A DNA stretch of 64,000 nt from the human T2T-CHM13v2.0 reference genome, Homo sapiens. Under the pieces are notes generated by a model, which saw only the letters and a list, made by a program, of their open reading frames with translations, made no database searches and was not told where the DNA came from. A program made the translations under genes and the position numbers. Positions 1-19,249 of the stretch are shown piece after piece; within the stretch, counting starts at the first letter, position 1; every line of letters begins with the position of its first letter. The stretch is from assembly GCF_009914755.1 (NCBI RefSeq), contig NC_060948.1, one strand, 5' to 3'.

Positions 1-1930
<1,930 letters not shown>

Positions 1931-2164
1931 ATACTATAAGAGAATACAAAAAAAAAAGAACATTATGAAAGAACTCCAGGAGTTCTTCCCTTTAGCCAAT
2001 AACTCACCAATAACTGTGCCAGTGAAAAGGGGTTAGGGTGAGGCATACCCCATTATACAAAATAATAAAATGTCCCAAATACAAACATACCCATTCAAAA
2101 AGTTTTACATTCATTAGCAGTCTTTGTGCTTGGTCTACTCCCTTTCAGCTCTTAAAAGAGAAAC

Positions 2165-2483
<319 letters not shown>

Positions 2484-2687
2484 CTACGTATTATCTGTGT
2501 GATTTTGGGAGATGGATGGGATGAAGAGGTAACCAATTTAAAACAGATCAGTACTCCAAACACAAAGAAATGTTAGCAGTGCTGGCAAATTAAACATATA
2601 TATGAATACCCCTTTCAATAGAGTATGTTCCCTCAATGAAGAGTCAGCAATCAAAACAGAAAAAAGTGGTTTCTCTAATCAAAACTA

Positions 2688-2987
<300 letters not shown>

Positions 2988-3079
2988 CCAAAACTATTTT
3001 TTAAAACTGATTTTTTTAAAGTTTTTTGTACCTTTTAAAGCAAATCTTAGGAGATAAAACTAATTGAGGCTGGAGGTTA

Positions 3080-3482
<403 letters not shown>

Positions 3483-3504
3483 CTAGAACATCACTATATT
3501 AAGG

Positions 3505-3660
3505 TAGGATCAGCATACTTTCTCCAAAGGGCCAATATATATTTTCAGGTTTGTGGTTCATCCAATCCATCACTACTACTCAACTCTGCTGTTGTAGCAC
3601 AAAAGCAGTTTTGGATAATATGTAAGCAATGTGCATAGCAAGAATTGGCCCTGACTGTTC
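3505..3660. mobile_element. MER58-like hAT DNA transposon fragment
   Basis: Motifs aagggcca...caactctgctgttgtagcacaaaagcag resemble MER58A. Confidence 0.55.
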
Positions 3661-4361
3661 TAAAAGTTCATATTGGGAAAGACCACTGGAGCTAAATCCT
3701 CTGGGATGAACTGCAAGATTGTGAGTAAGGTAGTTTAGCAGAAGGACAAAAAAAAAATCACTACAAATCTTGTCCACAGAGTTTTGTGGTGGAAAAAGAA
3801 CCCAGGGACTTCCAGGTTGAAAAATTCCATCCTATTCTGTGAAATCGATTCTCCTAAAACTATAAAATAAGAATAAGCATTTTTAGAATATATTATTCTA
3901 AGTTCGCTTCCTCACCTTAACAAATTATCATACTAATTCTCATGGTTAGTTACAATAAATATTTTTATCAGCACCACTTTTAGCTCTCATCAAGGGAAAA
4001 GATGCAAAGTCACAAACTGAATTTAGCCAATTCTCAAATTTACACTGTATCCCAATACCATGCATACACACACTAAGAAATGTTCACACTCCTCATCAGG
4101 TCACTCTTAATTGTATGATGGGTATGCAACCTCTGAATGGCAAAAACAAGGAATGACTGGTCATCCTTTTGACATCTGGCCTATTCTTGTCTGAGTTATT
4201 ATGAGGATACATGATGCTGGATTAATGATTAATGCAGTGCAGACAGATCAAATCCTCTCCTGTCGTGTGATAGTGAAATGCTCTGCACAGCAAAAGGATT
4301 ATTTTCTGTAAATGGCAGTGTTTAAGAATCTTTCCTGGCCCCCTCCAATCCATGAGGTTAC

Positions 4362-4480
4362 CTTGCTTCTTTACTTGCTCCAGAAGAAGATCCTTCATGG
4401 CTGGCTCTTCTGCAAGGTCAGAGGGAACTTCACCTTCACCATTGACAATACCTCCACTGGCTCCGTGATTAATGAAATAC
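4362..4480 (-). pseudogene. PPP1R12B: PPP1R12B-like exon 3 (119 bp)
   Basis: Minus strand reads atgcAG|G TAT TTC... = YFINHGASGGIVNGEGEVPSDLAEEPAMKDLLLEQVKKQ(G), then |GTaacc. Phase matches exon 2 (GA|G = Glu). Confidence 0.93.
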
Positions 4481-5220
4481 CTGCATAGACAAGATCCAGG
4501 ATCAATATTATCTGTCAATCTAATATAAATTTTACCCATGCATCTGGCATTCAATACACAACGAAGTCTCTATTTTGAGTTTAAAATATGGTCTCAGTTA
4601 AGATATTCCATTATTAATTTCTATGTGCCTTAAACTTCAATAATTAAGACTGAAGGCTTCCCCATTTCCTGACTAGAGCAATGCCAACAAACAGGATTTC
4701 TTTCACACTCATGTTACTAACTCCCATCCTGTCACTCCCAGTGGATGGCAAGAGAATTTCTAAGTTACATAAAGAAGGCATGCAGCCTTAAACTTTCCCA
4801 GTGCCACATTGGAGCTTATTAAGTAGTGCTGTGGGTGTGAAAATAGAAGAATAAAGTGTGCATTTAAATTTGCATAAATCTGCCTAAATTATGCCTCCAT
4901 AAAACTCTCCTATCAACCAGACATCCACATGAAATCTTCCTCTACTCTAAGATGAAACTAAATTACTTAAGAAGAAATATTAAAACGTTAAAGAATTAAA
5001 TTCTAAATCCAAATAGAATACTTGATTCTGAAGAAGAAAGGTCTGATAATTCAATACCTTACATAGATCCTTTTTGATTTTCAGAGTGCTTTCACATAAA
5101 ATTATATCATAAGTCTTAGGCAACATTATGAAGTGGGCAATGTGGGTATTACTACCATGACTTTAAGAAATTGAGGTTCATACATATTAAGTAATTTTCT
5201 CAAAACCACATAGCGGGTAA

Positions 5221-5738
<518 letters not shown>

Positions 5739-5843
5739 ATGGGAACTACATTTTAGACACTGTAGGAGATTAAAAAAAAAAAAAAAAAGAGAGAGAGATA
5801 ATATATGGCCACTGGCCACTGCATTCAAATAATTGGCAGAGGG

Positions 5844-6120
5844 AGCCAAACGCAGTGGCTCACCCCTATAATCCTTTGGGAGGCTGAGGTGGGTGGATCA
5901 CTTGAGGCCAGGAGTTCGAGACAAGCCTGACCAACATGGTGAAAACCATCTCTACTAAAAATACAAAACTTAGGCGGGCATGGTGGCAGGCACCTGTAGT
6001 CCCAGCTACTCAGGAGGCTGAGGCACAAGAATCATTTGAACCCAGGTGGCGGAGGTTGCAGTGAGCCAAGATCAGCCTGGGTGACAGAGCAAGACTCTAT
6101 CTCAAAAAAAAAAAAAAAAA
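5844..6120 (+). mobile_element. AluS with small internal deletions
   Basis: Alu dimer; ttggcagaggg flanks both sides (TSD). Confidence 0.88.
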
Positions 6121-6889
6121 GTTGGCAGAGGGAAAAGAATCAATAGAGATTAGATTAAGAACATGTTTTTGCTTTCTCAGTGCCTAGTACCTGGTATAAT
6201 AGGGCCTCAACAAATGTTTGTTAATTTATAGATCAATTCTATATGTATAAAGCTCAAAAGCCTTCACAATTCACCTTTTAACCATCTCCTTCTTTCCCTT
6301 ATAGTCTCAGAGGAAGACAGACCTTATTCAATTCCAAAACTAACTCCCTCTATTTGTATTCTTACTTCTATCAAGTCCTAGTATTCCGTTCATAAATTAC
6401 CCTTCATTTCCACATATTCAACATCTCCTCTCTTCTGATTCCTCTCCATTAAGCAAAAGGAATATTCAGCTATACCTCCCCAACCCTGAAATATCAAAAT
6501 GCAAATAATACACATAGTAAGCACTCAACAAATGTTTCCTGGATTGAAGTGTACCCTATACTCTATAATCAAACTAAACCACTTACTGTTCCCAAACACA
6601 TCAACTCTCACCCAGCTCTCTTCCACAGCTTGTTTCTTCCAACTAGGTGGAACACTCTCCCTTCTCTTTTCCCATGTAGAAACCTTGCAATTCTTTCGAA
6701 GTTCATTTAAAATGCTTTTGCCTTCATGAAACCTTCGCCTGTTCTCACAAACTGAATTCCCTCTTTCCTTCCTTTAACCCCATACTCCCTCTTCTCCTCC
6801 CCAACAAACACTAATTCTAGACCTCGGTTATGACTTACACTGTACCTCGATGCAATCATTCCATCAGACTGAAAGCTACTTGAAGGCAA

Positions 6890-7336
6890 TGTGAAAGGAA
6901 AATAAAAACTTGGGACCCTAATTTCACTATTCCAAAAGAAAAAAAATTAAACTGAAAGCTGAGTCATGCAAGAAGCTGCCTTACCTTTTGTTCCTAAGCA
7001 GATAGCTATAGATAAAAAGTTAAATATCTCCACAGGTTCTATGTTTACCTCTATGTTCACATTATCTTATGTAAAGCGAGATTTACTGAGCGTGAGATGA
7101 ACATGTAATTGACTATTCCCCTACTTGCTCCTTTTCTCTGGCTACATGTGAATTCAGGAATGTGACCATGCCCTCCCCTTTTCCCCTCCAGGCTGCTTTT
7201 CCCTTTTAAGTATTGAAGCTCTCAACTTGATCTCTGGGGAAAGGCACAGATCTGTCTCCCGGGTGTGCGTCTTTAACCTTGGTAAAATAAACTTTTAAAT
7301 TGATTGAGACCTGTCTCAGATACTTTTTGGTTCATA
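6890..7336 (+). mobile_element. Solo ERV1 LTR of the MER4 group
   Basis: Starts TGTGAAAGGAAAATAAAA..GGGACCC, has AATAAA near the end and ends ...ttttggttcata (degenerate CA). 4-bp TSD gcaa at 6886-6889 and 7337-7340. Confidence 0.85.
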
Positions 7337-10188
7337 GCAACAACTGGGTCTTCCAATTATTATCGCCATGGCATCTGACACTTGCTTTTTTCTCTTGGTA
7401 TTCCATAAATACTGCTTGAATTACATGAAATATCTTAACCACTCTACTCTGACGTCTATTCCATCCCTACTGGATCAGGCATAATGTCACTTGGGTATAC
7501 AGGACCCTGCTTTTCCTGCGTTCTACAATCAAGAGGACAAATTTTTAGAAAGTAACTTGGCTCTCTGTTTTTCCATTTTCTCCAGTTCTAGGAAAAAAAA
7601 AATTTAAAAACCTCTTTATTTTTACTTTTACCTGGACAAGAATAAATATCAACCTGTGAAGTAATTTCTACTTTATCTCTGAGAATCCTTACAGTTGCCC
7701 AAAGGCTCACAAACAGCCACTAGCTCAATAAATATGCCCCTAGAAAATAAGGCCTTCTTGTCCCTCCTAACTCAACACCAATACAAGGTCTTTATGCTAC
7801 TATCTTAAGGGAGGAAGAAAGAAAATGAAATATGTTCAAAAACTTAGAATAAATTAGTATCTCAATAAACTGTAAAGCCAAATGCTGTATGTTTGGGTCA
7901 ATCTGCTGCTTCTAAGTGAAACATTTATTCATTAAAAAAATGTTAAAACACCCAGCTAACTAGCATTGAAACTGAACTCATTTTAAAATGAGGAAAAAAG
8001 CCTCTGAAGCTCCCTGCTTTTGATACAACATACTGAGACAAAAAGATCACCATGAAACATGAAATAGAATGTACTTGGATTCTTCCTAGAAAGCCAGTTT
8101 GCCTTTATTCATTTCTACTACCTTGAAATTTATTTCCTAATGATTCTGGGAATAAGAGCATAAAGTCTAAGATCTTTAAGATACAAAAATAAAAACGACA
8201 AGATGATCACGGACTGATCTTATTTACAACATTCTCCATTGGCCCTGAGGTAAAGCAACCGAAATGAACAGTACAAACAATGTTTTTTTTCCATTTCATA
8301 TTAAAAAATGCTACATACTGCAAATAAATAGATGATAGTAAAGTCAAAACCTGTCTAATAATGATATGCATAGTGAAAAATAAAATAAAGAAGGCCATCT
8401 CTACCGCCACCCCACCTCTGCAATGGAATCTGGTCTAGATCACCTCTCTCCTGGTCAGACTTCCAAGTTTAATTTATAATAATCTGTCTTAGGAAATAGT
8501 AGCTCTCACAGATTTATTTCATTCAAGGTAATATTTGTTTGAGCTAGAGATTGTTACATTTTGAACTTACTTCCAGAATAATTATATTTGTTCATAAAGA
8601 TGAATTAAAGAAATCACTGTAAAAAAAAAAAAAGCAATTACAATCATTCTCTGTACCTAGCTTCACACACAGGAGGATAATGCCAGCACAAGTGATCCTA
8701 ATTCTAAGCATGAGCTCTCCTTAGAAAAGTGAAAGAAAAAACTTAGGAAAAAATTGAATCCTTGAATGTAATGAGATTTGGTAGCTCAAATATCACAAAC
8801 ATGCCACCTGAACAAATAGCAATTGAAAGGCCAACATGTTCTATAAATGTTTCTTAAATAAATGTTTTAAGTAAAATTACCTCAACTCTTAGGCATCAGA
8901 ATTCTGATGTTACTGGATAAGACTAAGAATAAGAGCCCTCCTTCCCATTAGACTCTGAAAATGGGCAGCCTAGGGGATGAAAAGGTTACTGACTTTTACT
9001 AAATTGGAACAGACAGAGGAATCAAGAGTGAAGAAAACTGCATTGTTTATTTCTGTTGGCTCTGGGGCCAAGCCAGTCATCCACTTTTTAGAACAAGCAG
9101 CCCAGTCAAACACCAGTGCTGCTGCCTAAAGTTTCTCTGGCTCTGACTCTCCCTTTGTTTAACTTCTCCCACTGAGCATCCCTGGGTCAGCAGCAAACCT
9201 AGCAACTCAGGCTCTCCCTTAGGAAACCTGGGCAAATCAGATTCTGCGGGAAGTCATTATCAGGCCTCTACACAGCTGCCAACAAAATTCTCCCTGCTGT
9301 TTCCTGGACAGGAGAAATGTAATGGAGCTCTAATCGTATTATTGAAAAGGGCCTTCACACAAGCAATCTGATTTTCAAAGGAGCATAGAATATCATGATT
9401 TTATTTAGGGAATTTACCTTAACAATATAAATTTACCCTTATCTAGGATACACTCAACTACCTCATTTTAAAGATGTTTTGACTGCCATTTTAAAGATGT
9501 TTCCTTGTTTAAAAATAAACTCCCCGATCATTCCTTCACACAACAGATATTTATTCAGTGCCTCTTATATCTCAGGTACCACATGGTCAGGATTCTTCTG
9601 CCCACGGGAGGGGCAACTAGTTGTCCTGGAGATTAGTAGCTCCTAATGTATCTTATTAAATATTCCCATTCAACTAATGTGGACAACACATGCCAGTGCC
9701 CACCTTTCCTTTGTTCCACCTGTTTAGGCTCATTCTTCTGCTATTAACTACACGAGTGCTGTGACTGGTATGCTAGGCATTTTTTATCTTCATTTGTACT
9801 AAGCACTGATTTTTTTAAAAAAACAATGAAATAGGTTTACAAAGAATCCAGAAAAACATCTCCAGGCCTGCCTATATACGTGCCCAGCTACAGTTGTTCA
9901 GAAAGTGAACCCAGACAGTGGAACAGCCACCTCTGCATATCCCAGCAAATTATAAATTACCTGAAAATAGAAGCAAACAAAAAGAGTTTCAACTAAAAAA
10001 CTATGGATTTAGCAGCTTTACAAACCATTGTATTAGTTATGTCTTAAAGATAATTCAACTTTCTGCTTTTGTAATCTGTAATAAAGAGAGATTATAACTA
10101 TTTAAAAATTCAAATTCCTAAGAATAGAGGAGAAATGAAGGCCATTCCTACAAATACTGCAAAGCTACACACACAGAGACTCACTCAC

Positions 10189-10319
10189 TCTGCTATGTTG
10201 AGATAGCCACAGAAAGCTGCTGCATGAAGGGGTGTCCAGTCCTCTTTGTCTTGCTGGTTTACATTGGCTCTCTTCTCCACCAGAAACTTCACCATGTCCA
10301 GATTTTCATCAATACAGGC
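10189..10319 (-). pseudogene. PPP1R12B: PPP1R12B-like exon 2 (131 bp)
   Basis: Minus strand reads cttttcttttcAG|GCC TGT ATT GAT... = ACIDENLDMVKFLVEKRANVNQQDKEDWTPLHAAAFCGYLNIA(E), then |GTgagt donor. Confidence 0.93.
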
Positions 10320-10548
10320 CTGAAAAGAAAAGCCCGTTCATTCATTCAACAAGTATTCATTGAGTTCCACTATGTGCCAGACACTGCTCTGGGCATTGAC
10401 AATGCCCAGCAGTTCTAATAAATACATTAATTTCTATTTCTTCCATACTGTGTCCAGAGCATGACTTGTAGGCTTTGTGATCTTATGCAAGCTCTTAAAT
10501 GTCTCCATGCCTTAATATCTAAACTGTGAAACACAGTTTCATGTATAA

Positions 10549-10880
<332 letters not shown>

Positions 10881-11699
10881 TAGTATTATTAGGATTAATT
10901 GTGAAAGCGATTTCTAAAGTGCTACAAATAAATAAGCTGTTTCATCATTATGTTATAAAAAGGAAAGTATGTTACAAAACACTGATTTGTATATGAATTT
11001 TATTTTATTTCACTGCCACCTATTTGTCACAGATGCTTATCAATTTTAAAAGAAAATAATCAGAGGATCGCCTGATGCCAGGAGTTTGAGGCCAGCCTGG
11101 GTAACATAGTGAGACCCTATCTCTATTATTAAAAAAATTCATTCCTTCATTCATTTAAAAAAGAAAAAATCACACAGGATCAAATGCAATTTTTCTCAGT
11201 GGGAAGTTGTAGTTTACGACTCTAGAATTGCTAAACAAACACTGCTTTGGTGAGAAAGGGTAGGGTGATCATTTCAAACAGAAAAAATGTATTTTCATGT
11301 ATTTTCTGAATGGCTTCAAACACTATGGCAAAGTATGCTTGCAGTTATGGATGGTTAGGGAGTCTCGTCTGCTCATTTCATGGCAGCAATTAGGAGAAAG
11401 CAGAAGCTTTCTGAATAAAGGCGTTAGGCTTACCATAAGACTAACAGAAAGAGTCACAAACAGCAATGAGATCTAAAAAAACCAAAAGGTCTTGACATAG
11501 CTACAGAATAAAAATGTGGTAGAAGGCCCACATGTGAAAATGGTAATCATTACCAAGGCTTGGATGGTTACAAAACCATTGGGATAATTCAGGACCAACA
11601 AACAAATGAGACTCCCTTTTTAAAACTTGCCTTTTAATGCCCTCCTTTAAAAAACAAGGCTAAAGCTTCAGCTCAGGAAGAATTATCCAAATCAAAGGA

Positions 11700-13590
11700 T
11701 TTTCATAATAATATTAAGATATTACTTGCATTTTCATTGTATTGACATTTACACTAATGATGCAAAAGCAATGGTGAGTAAAACCGCTGGTGCCTTAACA
11801 TGAAGCAAGACAATGGCATCAAAAACTACCAGCAGGCACTATATTCCCTCACCACGTACAGTTAAAAAAATAAAAAAGAAAGCCAGTTTCACTTAAGAAT
11901 AACCTTGAAGAAGTAGTAGAAATGTTTTTTTTAATATTCTGTGTGAGAAAATGGAAAGTATACGTAAAGCACTTCTGCTGCATTTTGAGGTATGATGGTT
12001 GATTCTAGGAAAAAGCACCTCGGGCCAGGCATGGTAACTTATGCCTATAATCCCAACACTTTGAAAGGCTGAGGCGGTAGGATTGCTTGAGCCCAGGAGT
12101 TCAAGACCAGCCTGAGCAACATAGACCCCATCTCTGCAAAAAAATTAAAAATTAGCTAGGCATGGTGGCACGCACGTGTAGTCCCAGCTACCTGGGAGGC
12201 TAAGGTGGGAGGATGGCTTAAGCCTGGGAGGTCGAGGCTGCAGTGAGCTGTGATCACTGCTCTTCAGCCTGGGTGACAGGGCAAGACCATGTCTCGAAAA
12301 CAAAAACAAAAATAAAAATAAAAACACACCACTTGTGCATCTGCTTCAGGTGTGAGATGAACTAGCCACTTTTTAAAATCAAAATAACACCATTTTTATT
12401 CAAAAGAATAACCAACAAATTATGATTATTTGGACTTGAAAATGAACAAAGTAAGCCTGTCACTCAGAGAAAATAATCAGTATGTGTTGCAATAAAATGT
12501 GACCATCCAAGTGAAAATAAGAATTCTGGAAACAGCTACCACCATGAGCTTGACAGCATCCCAGTATTCACTTTTCTGATAAGATCTGTTTGACTATCAA
12601 CAAATCTGATTTGTTATTATATAATGAAATGCATTTAGATTTGTAAGATCTCTGTAACTCAATCAACCTATATTTTCCAAATAAACAAATGCATAGTTTA
12701 GAAAATCATACATGAAGTAAAAGATTCATTCAAAGTACAAGTTAGACTAATGTGTTTTAATGTAACAGAGTAAGAAAAGTCCATTGACATGGTTTCAGTT
12801 TCCACACTGCATGAACATTTAAGAAACTCATGTCTTCAACTACCATTTCTAAAACTTACATTTAAGAAACTATCAGGTCGGATGTGGTGGCTCATGCCTG
12901 TAATCCCAGCACTTTGGGGGGCCAAGGCAGGTGGATCACCTGAGGTCAGGAGTTTGAGACCAGCCTAGCCAACATGGTGAAACCTCATCTCTACTAAAAA
13001 TACAAAAACTAGGCAGGTATGGTGGTGCACACCTGTAATCTCAGGTACTCAGGAGGCTGAGGAACAAGAATCACTTGAACCCAGGAGGGAGACATTGCAG
13101 TGAGCCAGGATGGCACCACTGCACTCCAGCCTGGGCCACAGAGACTGTGTCTCAAAAAAAAAAAAAAAAAAAGGAAACGAAGCATCACCTGTTGGAGTTT
13201 GGTATAATATCCAAGAAAAACATCTACAATTGTCTGAACAGACTATTAAAATGCTCCTCCCTTTTCCAAATATATACCTTTGAGAGGCCAGATTTTATAT
13301 ACTTTCATCAAAATAATATATCACAGCAGATTGAATACAGACATTAAAATAAATTTGTAAAAATGTAAAACAATATCACTATTTTTAATTAAAATATGTC
13401 ATTTATATTAACATGTAAGCTGGGTCATTGTTGCTTTAAATGACTTAAGTACATATTTAATAACTACATATTTTAAAAATTTCTCAGTAACATATAATAA
13501 TCAATACAAACAAAGTCCTGGTTAAATTTTGGGAGTCCTAAATGATTTCTTAAGTATAAAGGAATCCTGAGATCAGTTTGATAACCACTG
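11700..13590. mobile_element. Charlie1-like hAT DNA transposon remnant, interrupted by Alus at ~12023-12325 (AluJ-like) and ~12876-13171 (AluS)
   Basis: gatgcaaaagcaatggtgagtaaaaccgctggtgcctta...; terminal-like tttgataaccactg near 13590. Nested Alu dimers are visible. Confidence 0.65.
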
Positions 13591-15145
13591 TCTTTAATCA
13601 AGCATACCAAAAGATATTTCATGGTGATAATGAATAACTATTTAAACGGCAAAAGATTACTGTGGAAAGAATTACAGTTAGAACTCTAGAGGGCCCTTGT
13701 AACTACAGGACTTAAGTAGTACATATGATACCAAGAGAACTTACAGGAATTCCCTTCAGAGATAAACCTCATATCAATCCTGCATAGAAAGGTGATGAAT
13801 GAAAAAAGCGTGATTTCATTTAGATGAAAATTTAATTAGATAACTTGGTTACAAACAGCATCTTTGTTATTTTTTTCCCAAAATATTTGATACTTCTTTT
13901 ACAGTTACTGAGATTAGCTAAAAATGTCAATCTAGGTTTGATTTGATGCTATATAATATATTCCTCCAATCTGACCTTCTGGCCAATCTGACTTTTATAG
14001 CCAGTATTCATAATGGTCTAGTTTTCAACAGCAGCTCCAGAAATTATATTTCTTCTATGATGTTTTCTTAGGTTTATCAACTTCCACAAGTATATCCCAT
14101 TCTTTACCATGTAAAATGTTTCATAATTATTCATCATATTTACAAATACTTCATAAGTATGCTTATCACTAAATTGGTCATATATTGTATGTCTGCCCAT
14201 TTGCAATCCCATATGGCAAGATCTAGCCAACTTATCACAGAGTATCTCACTAAAAACTGTAAATCAACATTTTTATTTTATTTATTTTTCTTTTTTGTAA
14301 ATAAATATTTTTAAGTAAAAAAATGGAAGGGGACACTTTCAAAAAGGTACTGAAGTCCAATAAGAAAAAAGAATTTTAAAGGTTGTGCTAAAAACACTCT
14401 TTGCCCTTAGTAATACTCCTATATCAAGAAGGTCAAATGTGCCGTCTAAACCTGTGTAGGCCAGGACAGCTGGGTCAATTGCTTCTTGCTGCGTTGCAAA
14501 ATTTCTTTGGCTCTGAAAGAACAATCCAAAAACTTAGCTCTAATGTCCACACTACTATCAAGCAGACTTTTAGAAGCCAATGTTTTCAAGATCATTCTTT
14601 GGCCTTTAAAGACAATAAACAGCAGCCACATTCCAGAGGCCCTAAAATAAGCCCGGCTACTCCAGGTATCAAATGGGAGAAAACTTGTCTTTTCTCTTTC
14701 CTCCCCTCTTACTTCTCCTCTCCTTTTCTTAATCTCCTTCACCTCATCACTACTTCAGTTCTCTTCTTTTAAATTTTGTGATATTGTGTCTTATAAATCT
14801 CAAATCCTTGATAGAAAAAACATTTTTGAGACAGGGTCTTGCTCTGTTGCCAGGGCTGGTCATTGATTCTTGGGCTCAAAAAGCCTCTGTCTCAGCCTTC
14901 CAAGTAGCTGGGACTACAGTTACATGCCACTACAGCCAGTTTGATACAAAATTTTACGGGAATGACACTGTAAGGAAGTTTGAGAGAATAACAAGAACAA
15001 CAAAACTAGCCTAATCTAAAAATGTAATTTGGCGATCATCAATCTGTGAAGAACCATCTTACAGAAAATAAAGGAGGCCAACTGTCTAAATCATTCCCCA
15101 TACCCTCCACAAAGTGAAGGATGGTATGTTGTTTAAAAAAGTTTT

Positions 15146-15270
15146 GGCTAGGCATGGTGGCTCACACCTGTAGTCCCAGCACTTTGAGAGGCCGAGGTGG
15201 GAGGATTGCTTGAGTCCAGGAGAACCTGTGCAACACAGTGAGACCCCATCTCTATTTGTAAAATAAATAA
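15146..15270 (+). mobile_element. Alu left monomer (FLAM-like), followed by MIR-like sequence to ~15440
   Basis: Single Alu monomer; downstream ggagtcagacagacc...cctacctcataagg MIR motifs. Confidence 0.7.
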
Positions 15271-16799
15271 AAGCACCAGCTTTGGAGTCAGACAGACCAG
15301 GGCTTGCATACCAGCTCTGCTGATATGTACAACCTAGAGTGGGGTATCTAACCTAACTATAAGCATATGTACTCATCTGTAGCATTGGGAGTACCACCTA
15401 CCTCATAAGGTTTTGTAAAGATTAAAGGAGATAAGCCCTTGGAATTGTTTCTGACTTTGTTGTTGTTAAGGCAACATGTAACACACAGCAACTGCCTCAA
15501 GGGGAAAAAAAAACAAAAAGCACTTAGTCCTCAATGATCACAGCCCTCCCCACCCCCAGTACCTTACAGGAGGAAAGCAGTTTGGTTAAAAATGTCTTTG
15601 AACTAGCAAGATTCTGGAGCTTGTGTGTAAGTCTAACTGCAGAGAATTCCCTCTCTAATGTTCAGAATCCCATGGATTCTTAAATTCAGGAGCTATATGA
15701 ATAAAATAGTATGCACCCAGTTAAGGTGGAAGAGAATCATTCTTGTAGGTAAGACCAATCAACAGAGTTGTAGGACACTCACTCTCATGAAGCACCTTGG
15801 AGTGACTGTTCTCTTGCTTTTTTTTTTTGTCTCCAGAAGAAGGAATATGACTAAAGCATGGATGAGAGACTAAAGCACGGATGAGAGACACAGTTCCTGA
15901 AAATCTTCTCAAGTGAATAACGACTAAATTTAGATGCCCTTCTGCCCACTCCATCGGCAGCTGTGCTGCTGACTCATTCACGACTGAAGCATGGTAGATG
16001 AGCAGATTTGCCCACTTATAAAACTGTTTCCAGGGTCATGAACTTCAACATCACGCCTCTACACAGAACTATGCTAAATCTTCCAGAGAGATAGGTCTTT
16101 CCTTTTCTTGGGAAGCAGGCTAAACAAGCTTTTGATGTCACACATGATAATGGAGAAATTCTTTGCATTTGGCCCAGATTCCTTCTGATGTAGTTTAAGT
16201 CTATTTCCTCCTATTTTGCATTCCTGAAGACATATCGAATTTTACTAAAGTAACAAGGTGTTCTAAGCTCCTTAAGAAGTAGAGACATAACTTAATTACT
16301 AGTATGAAGGAACTATTTAGAAAAACTGCCAGGTAATAAATTAAAGCTTCCTAACATCGGCATGTCACATTTGTCTGGCAATGACAATCTCCAAGAAAAA
16401 TACTTGATTTTACCAATAATCTGGGGAAAGAGCACTGTGATCTCACTACTGTACCTGATACTGCTCTCTCCATATCAAAGGCAAAAGTGGCTGATATCAA
16501 TCAGTGCCAGGGTTAAATCTGGCAGTGCAGAGAAGGCCTCACAAAACAAAGCCTCCTTGGTTCCCAAAATAGCCTGCAACTGTTGCCACCAGCAAGTGCC
16601 AGCTTTCAGAGCTGACCTTGCTGTTGTGTCTCAGAATATCACTAATACTACCTGCCTTGGCCTCAGAACAACTGTCTTCCCCATAAAACCCAGCTCCAGA
16701 TGTCTGGGCATATGTTACACTAGAAGCTGGGCTTAGTGCAGCCTAACACCTACTTGTTTGGATTTTTCGGCCCATGCTTTCCTTGATTTCAACAAATCG

Positions 16800-18400
<1,601 letters not shown>

Positions 18401-18402
18401 AC

Positions 18403-18538
18403 CAGAGGGAGTGTGGTCCTGATAACACCTTGATTTTAAACTTCTGGCCTCCAGAACTATGGGAGAATGATTGAATAATTTCGTTTTAGGCCACCAAGTT
18501 TGTGTTAATTTGTTACAGAAGCCACAGGAAACTAATAA
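18403..18538 (+). mobile_element. MLT1 (ERVL-MaLR) LTR 3' fragment
   Basis: cttctggcctccagaact...ttgttacagaagccacaggaaactaata is the typical MLT1 end. Confidence 0.75.
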
Positions 18539-18930
18539 ACTTGCCATAGAATAGGGAATCAGACTCAGAACCTAGAGAGTCTGCCATATCCTCAATCCTT
18601 ACTAGTAACTGAAAATCACAGCTGTAACTGATCCCTTCTTTGACAGATGAAAAGTGATCAATAAATTTATCATACAACTTTTTAAAAGACAACTACATTA
18701 AATAGAAAGTTTTAGAAACTGTTTAACCAATCTCTGGCTCCAATAGCAAAACCCTGAAAGAACTAATCATGGTTCTCACATGAGGCATTTTACTGAAGGT
18801 ATTCTGGCTGAGGACTGAAACTGGGATAGAAATACTAATTGATGAGGTCCCTGTGAAACCCAACATTTCTAAGCTCAAAGTCCCCTTGCCCCAACTAGGC
18901 GGCCAAGAAATCATATGCCAAGAAATTATA

Positions 18931-19249
18931 CAGCTGTCCCTCAGCATCCATGGGGAACTTGCTGCAAGACCCCCTGCAGACACCAAAATCCACTGAGGGT
19001 CAAGTTCCTTAAATAAAATGGCATAATATTTGCATATAACCTATGCACATCCTTCCAGATACTTTAAATCATCTCTAATTATTTAAAATGCCTAAAATAA
19101 TGTAAATACTATGTAAATAGTCATTATTCTATACTGTTTTTATTTGTATTATTTTTATTAACATTAAATTTTTATTTTTCCCAAATATTTTCAATCTGCA
19201 GTTGGTTGACTCCATGGATGCAGAACCCATGGATACGGAGAGCCAGTAG
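18931..19249 (+). mobile_element. MER2 (Tigger-family MITE)
   Basis: cagctgtccctcagcatccatgggg...gaacccatggatacggagagcc imperfect terminal inverted repeats, flanked by TA. Confidence 0.8.

Noticed and set aside
4222-4554. 110-aa ORF as a stand-alone gene
   Set aside because: Only 4362-4480 matches MYPT2; the rest is intronic read-through.
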